Part shown: one piece after another, positions 60,946 through 64,000 of the stretch | Layout: every line of letters begins with the position of its first letter | Numbering within the stretch: position 1 is the first letter of the stretch | Origin: Macrostomum lignano | Taxonomy: Eukaryota | Reading direction: 5' to 3' | Assembly: GCA_002269645.1 (NCBI GenBank) | Contig: NIVC01000834.1 | Span: 310,001-374,000 of the forward strand | Length of the DNA stretch: 64,000 nt | Position numbers and translations under genes: made by a program | Notes under the pieces: model-generated | The model's input: only the letters and a program-made list of their open reading frames with translations | The model's database searches: none | Told to the model about the DNA's origin: nothing

Positions 60946-61579
60946 GGTCCAAGGAACTTATGCTAGGTTTTCTAGGCTTTGCGACAATAAATGACCTTTT
61001 TGGTGTTACACATTTTTAACAATAAAAATTTAACAAATGTGTGGTTTTCCTTTAAAGTAAATTGGCTTACAGATAATGCCAACAAAATTCAATTTTTTGT
61101 TTAAGTTTTTTAGAAAATCAACAATGCAACACAATTAGTTTCTGTGGAATTTTAAATTTTTATAAATCATGAATAGTTAGGGCCTATGAACTTTCATCTT
61201 CGCTTACTAGTTTTACGGTTTTTATGATTTTATAATAAGATTCTGAGGTTACGGCATTATGCCAACAATTGTTAATATTAACTTTGGCGTGAAGGTTGGA
61301 GTTGGCGTACGCTGCTTGGCGTATTTACGCCACGGCGTCACGCCAAAAGGTACACCAAATATATTTTGCCTCATTTTTTTACGCCAATTGTACACCAAAA
61401 AAAAGTAAAATTTTCAATTGTACACCAGAAATTTCTGGCATAATGTACATCATCCTGACTATGGTGGTGGTTGGCTTTAAGCTACGAAAAAATGAAGCTC
61501 AAATTTAAAATCAGCACCATCAAAAACCCATATAAAGACAAAATTATGATCCAATTAAAACTACAACTATTTTACGTAC

Positions 61580-61740
61580 CTAAAGTTCAAGAAGTCCACC
61601 TTGGACTTGGAACAATTTGTGTCCTTGAGCAACACACTTAACTCTGCATTGCTTCAGTTCACCTAGCTATAAAATGGGTACCAGTACCAGCATTAGCTAG
61701 GGTAATTTAAGGTATATGTATGGCGACCCTATAAACATAA
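61580..61740 (+). mobile_element. Decayed CORE-type SINE fragment
   Basis: GTGTCCTTGAGCAACACACTTAAC..TTGCTTCAGTTCACCTAGCTATAAAATGGGTACC (61619-82) resembles the CORE-SINE central domain as recalled. B-box-like GTTCAA lies just upstream. Confidence 0.55.
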
Positions 61741-63306
61741 ATAGTAAAGAATCTTACCGTCTATCACCATTCCCTCTGAAGGGAGTCGAAGGTTTTCTTT
61801 TTCATAAGACATAAGCAACCAGCGCCGCCGCTAGCTCACAGAAAACAAGCAAGAAAGGTTAATTGAATTTTTATTCAATAGAGGAAAGAATATTTATATT
61901 TAGCTAATAACAATCTAAAAAGAATTTTTTTTTAAACAAATTATATTAAAAACCCAAACAGATTTTAAAAAAATTAATTTGTTCCACTTTTTGTTATGTT
62001 TTATAAAAAATTAAAAAATTAGGACCGTTCCACAGCTGCGGTATGCACATCGAAAATAAAGTTCCGATCCGAGCACTGTAAAGCAAGAAATTTGACCGCA
62101 TTCGAACACAGTAGATTGAGCAGACGTAGTCGCAATTTTATTTTCATAGTGCTTAACGATGTTAGATGTTAGCATGTTATAGCAAAGGACTGCGTACATG
62201 TAACTTATTGCACATAAAAAGTACAAAGAACATGTACCGGTAAATGCACATGCAGTGAAATATTGCAAGTTGTATTCAAACATTATCTGCTTGCGGGGTT
62301 TATTCTTCATTATCATCATTGGGCCGGAGATATTCGCGACATGAGGGTAAATTTACTATTATGTATTGCGTAATAAAATTGAAAGTAAAAATGAAGATTG
62401 TTTAACGTTCGGTGAAAGTTGGCTTGGGTGACTCTGGAGCATCACTGAATTTCATGACTAGCTTTAAATAATATTTTTAGAGTTTATTTTCATATAATAT
62501 CAATTTCCACTGTACAGCTTGGAATAGAAGAAATGGCAGTCATGTATCATAAATAGAAAGAAAGCAGAATTTTACTGAAACCCGAATCGGTCGGTCAAAA
62601 ACATTATATAGCTAGATAGTAGATAACCTAGAATAAAATAGAAAATTATTTCTACGAAGCAGATTTTAATTTGGATATTTTTTAACAATAGGAAATATTT
62701 CATGCCGGACAAAACAGACAATAACAGTTCAGTTTGTAATTAAAAAATAAATGCATTTACAATGCACTAATATAACTACAGGTAAAAAGTAAACGTTTGG
62801 TCACGCCCGTCACTCAGTGACGGACATCCTAGGCATTGGAATTTCGGCGAGTCAATAAGATTAAATTTACAAAAATTGCCAAGAAGTTGAACGCACGAAT
62901 AAAATTGTCTGTATAATACACTGCATAAATAATTGCAACAATTAAATAACTCAACAAGCGGATATCAAGTAAAGCAGAGACCATGCACTATTGATCTTTG
63001 TTCAAACGGAACATTATGCGAAGAAACGAGTAAATAATCAATTATCACCTTTATCACGCTTATAGTAGTAACGGCTGCTGTTTAATTTATAGAAAAGGGA
63101 ATTCAATTCAAGTTAAAAATAAAGTGGGCAAAAAATAGACACAGACGAAAATTGCGCAGTTCCTGGAATGCTGCAAGCAATTTAAAATTCCATGTACCAA
63201 TTACGATTGATCCAAGTAGACGGGAAAGTTTGTTTCTTAGAAAATGTTTGAAGACTGAAGCTTCATTTTTTCAAAGATTCAAAGCAAAAAATGAGCAGCA
63301 AAAAGG

Positions 63307-63576
63307 TTAGCTTTTCTCGTCGCCAACCCTATTGATCAGCTCGTCGCAGATGCTGGTGAGCTCGGCATTCTCCTGCACCTTGTGATCCAATTGGGCTTGC
63401 AGATTTTGCGCCTGCAGTTCCGCTTTGCGCAGCACCGCCTGTAGCCTGGCCAGCTCCGACTCGCTGTTCCGCCGCTGCTCATCGATGTGCCGATTGGCCG
63501 CCTCGAGTTTCTCCTCGGCGTGCGCCTTCAGCGTCAAGTATTTCTGCTCGTTGCGCTTCATTCGAGCCTGGTGCTC
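63307..63576 (-). CDS. TACC: Last coding exon of a TACC (transforming acidic coiled-coil) family gene; the rest lies beyond the window
   Basis: After acceptor ctctccacAG (63578-77): EHQARMKRNEQKYLTLKAHAEEKLEAAN..LQAVLRKAELQ..KVQENAELTSICDELINRV-TAA, the conserved TACC C-terminus. Confidence 0.85.
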   Translation of the reverse strand, partial: EHQARMKRNEQKYLTLKAHAEEKLEAANRHIDEQRRNSESELARLQAVLRKAELQAQNLQAQLDHKVQENAELTSICDELINRVGDEKS

Positions 63577-64000
63577 CTGTGGAGAGGCAATTTTGGGGTC
63601 AGCAATGTGTTTATTCATAGTTTTCTGCCAATAGCTGTTTAGAGTAAAAACGGCCCTTTTAATCAGTAGGACATTTTTTCACAACTAGCAGCGATTTTAC
63701 CCATTCTGCCAGCTCCACAAAAGCGCTAATACAGTACGCAGGCACGCACTCATACGTCGCACACACCATACATGCGCAACACATGACCGGCTAGGCTAGT
63801 GAGGGGCCCAGCCAAGGTAAGTCGCAAAAATGCCACCAAAAATAGACGCAATACTAATTAGACGACGAAGCATTCAGCCTTAATAATACAATTATAGTTA
63901 CTCCTGCCGTTTACCCAAAATTGCTTAGATTTCTTTTATAGGTAAGTCGCATTTTTGGTCAAAGTAAGTCGCATGGCCAGTCTAAATAATGAGTGTTGCG

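Overview
This is eukaryotic (animal) genomic DNA with GC-rich spliced exons inside AT-rich, minisatellite-packed introns. The style resembles a free-living flatworm such as Macrostomum, but that is inference and cannot be confirmed from the sequence. Six genes lie on the minus strand. In transcriptional order they are: the last exon of a TACC-family gene (63307-63576), a type II PI4-kinase (54074-45916, 6 exons), ARPC3 (43355-41844, 2 exons), an intronless RPS10 with a -1 frameshift at codon 4 (40528-40077), a VOPP1/WBP1-like PPxY membrane protein (38376-36426, 2 exons), and a 21-exon myosin VIIa (29187-3483, about 2198 codons) with one scrambled exon. A 410-codon intronless antisense ORF with a degenerate KH-like C-terminus is nested in PI4K2 intron 3. 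Almost every long intron and inter-gene spacer carries its own private tandem repeat, often with a palindromic core. A short hairpin motif (CGATACATATCGG) recurs near many splice sites. The 55-62 kb stretch instead holds non-autonomous DNA transposons (two with intact TIRs and TSDs) and SINE remnants. The long low-complexity ORFs in the track are repeat artefacts, with one possible exception at 30.6-32.2 kb. No CRISPR array, rRNA or functional tRNA was found.
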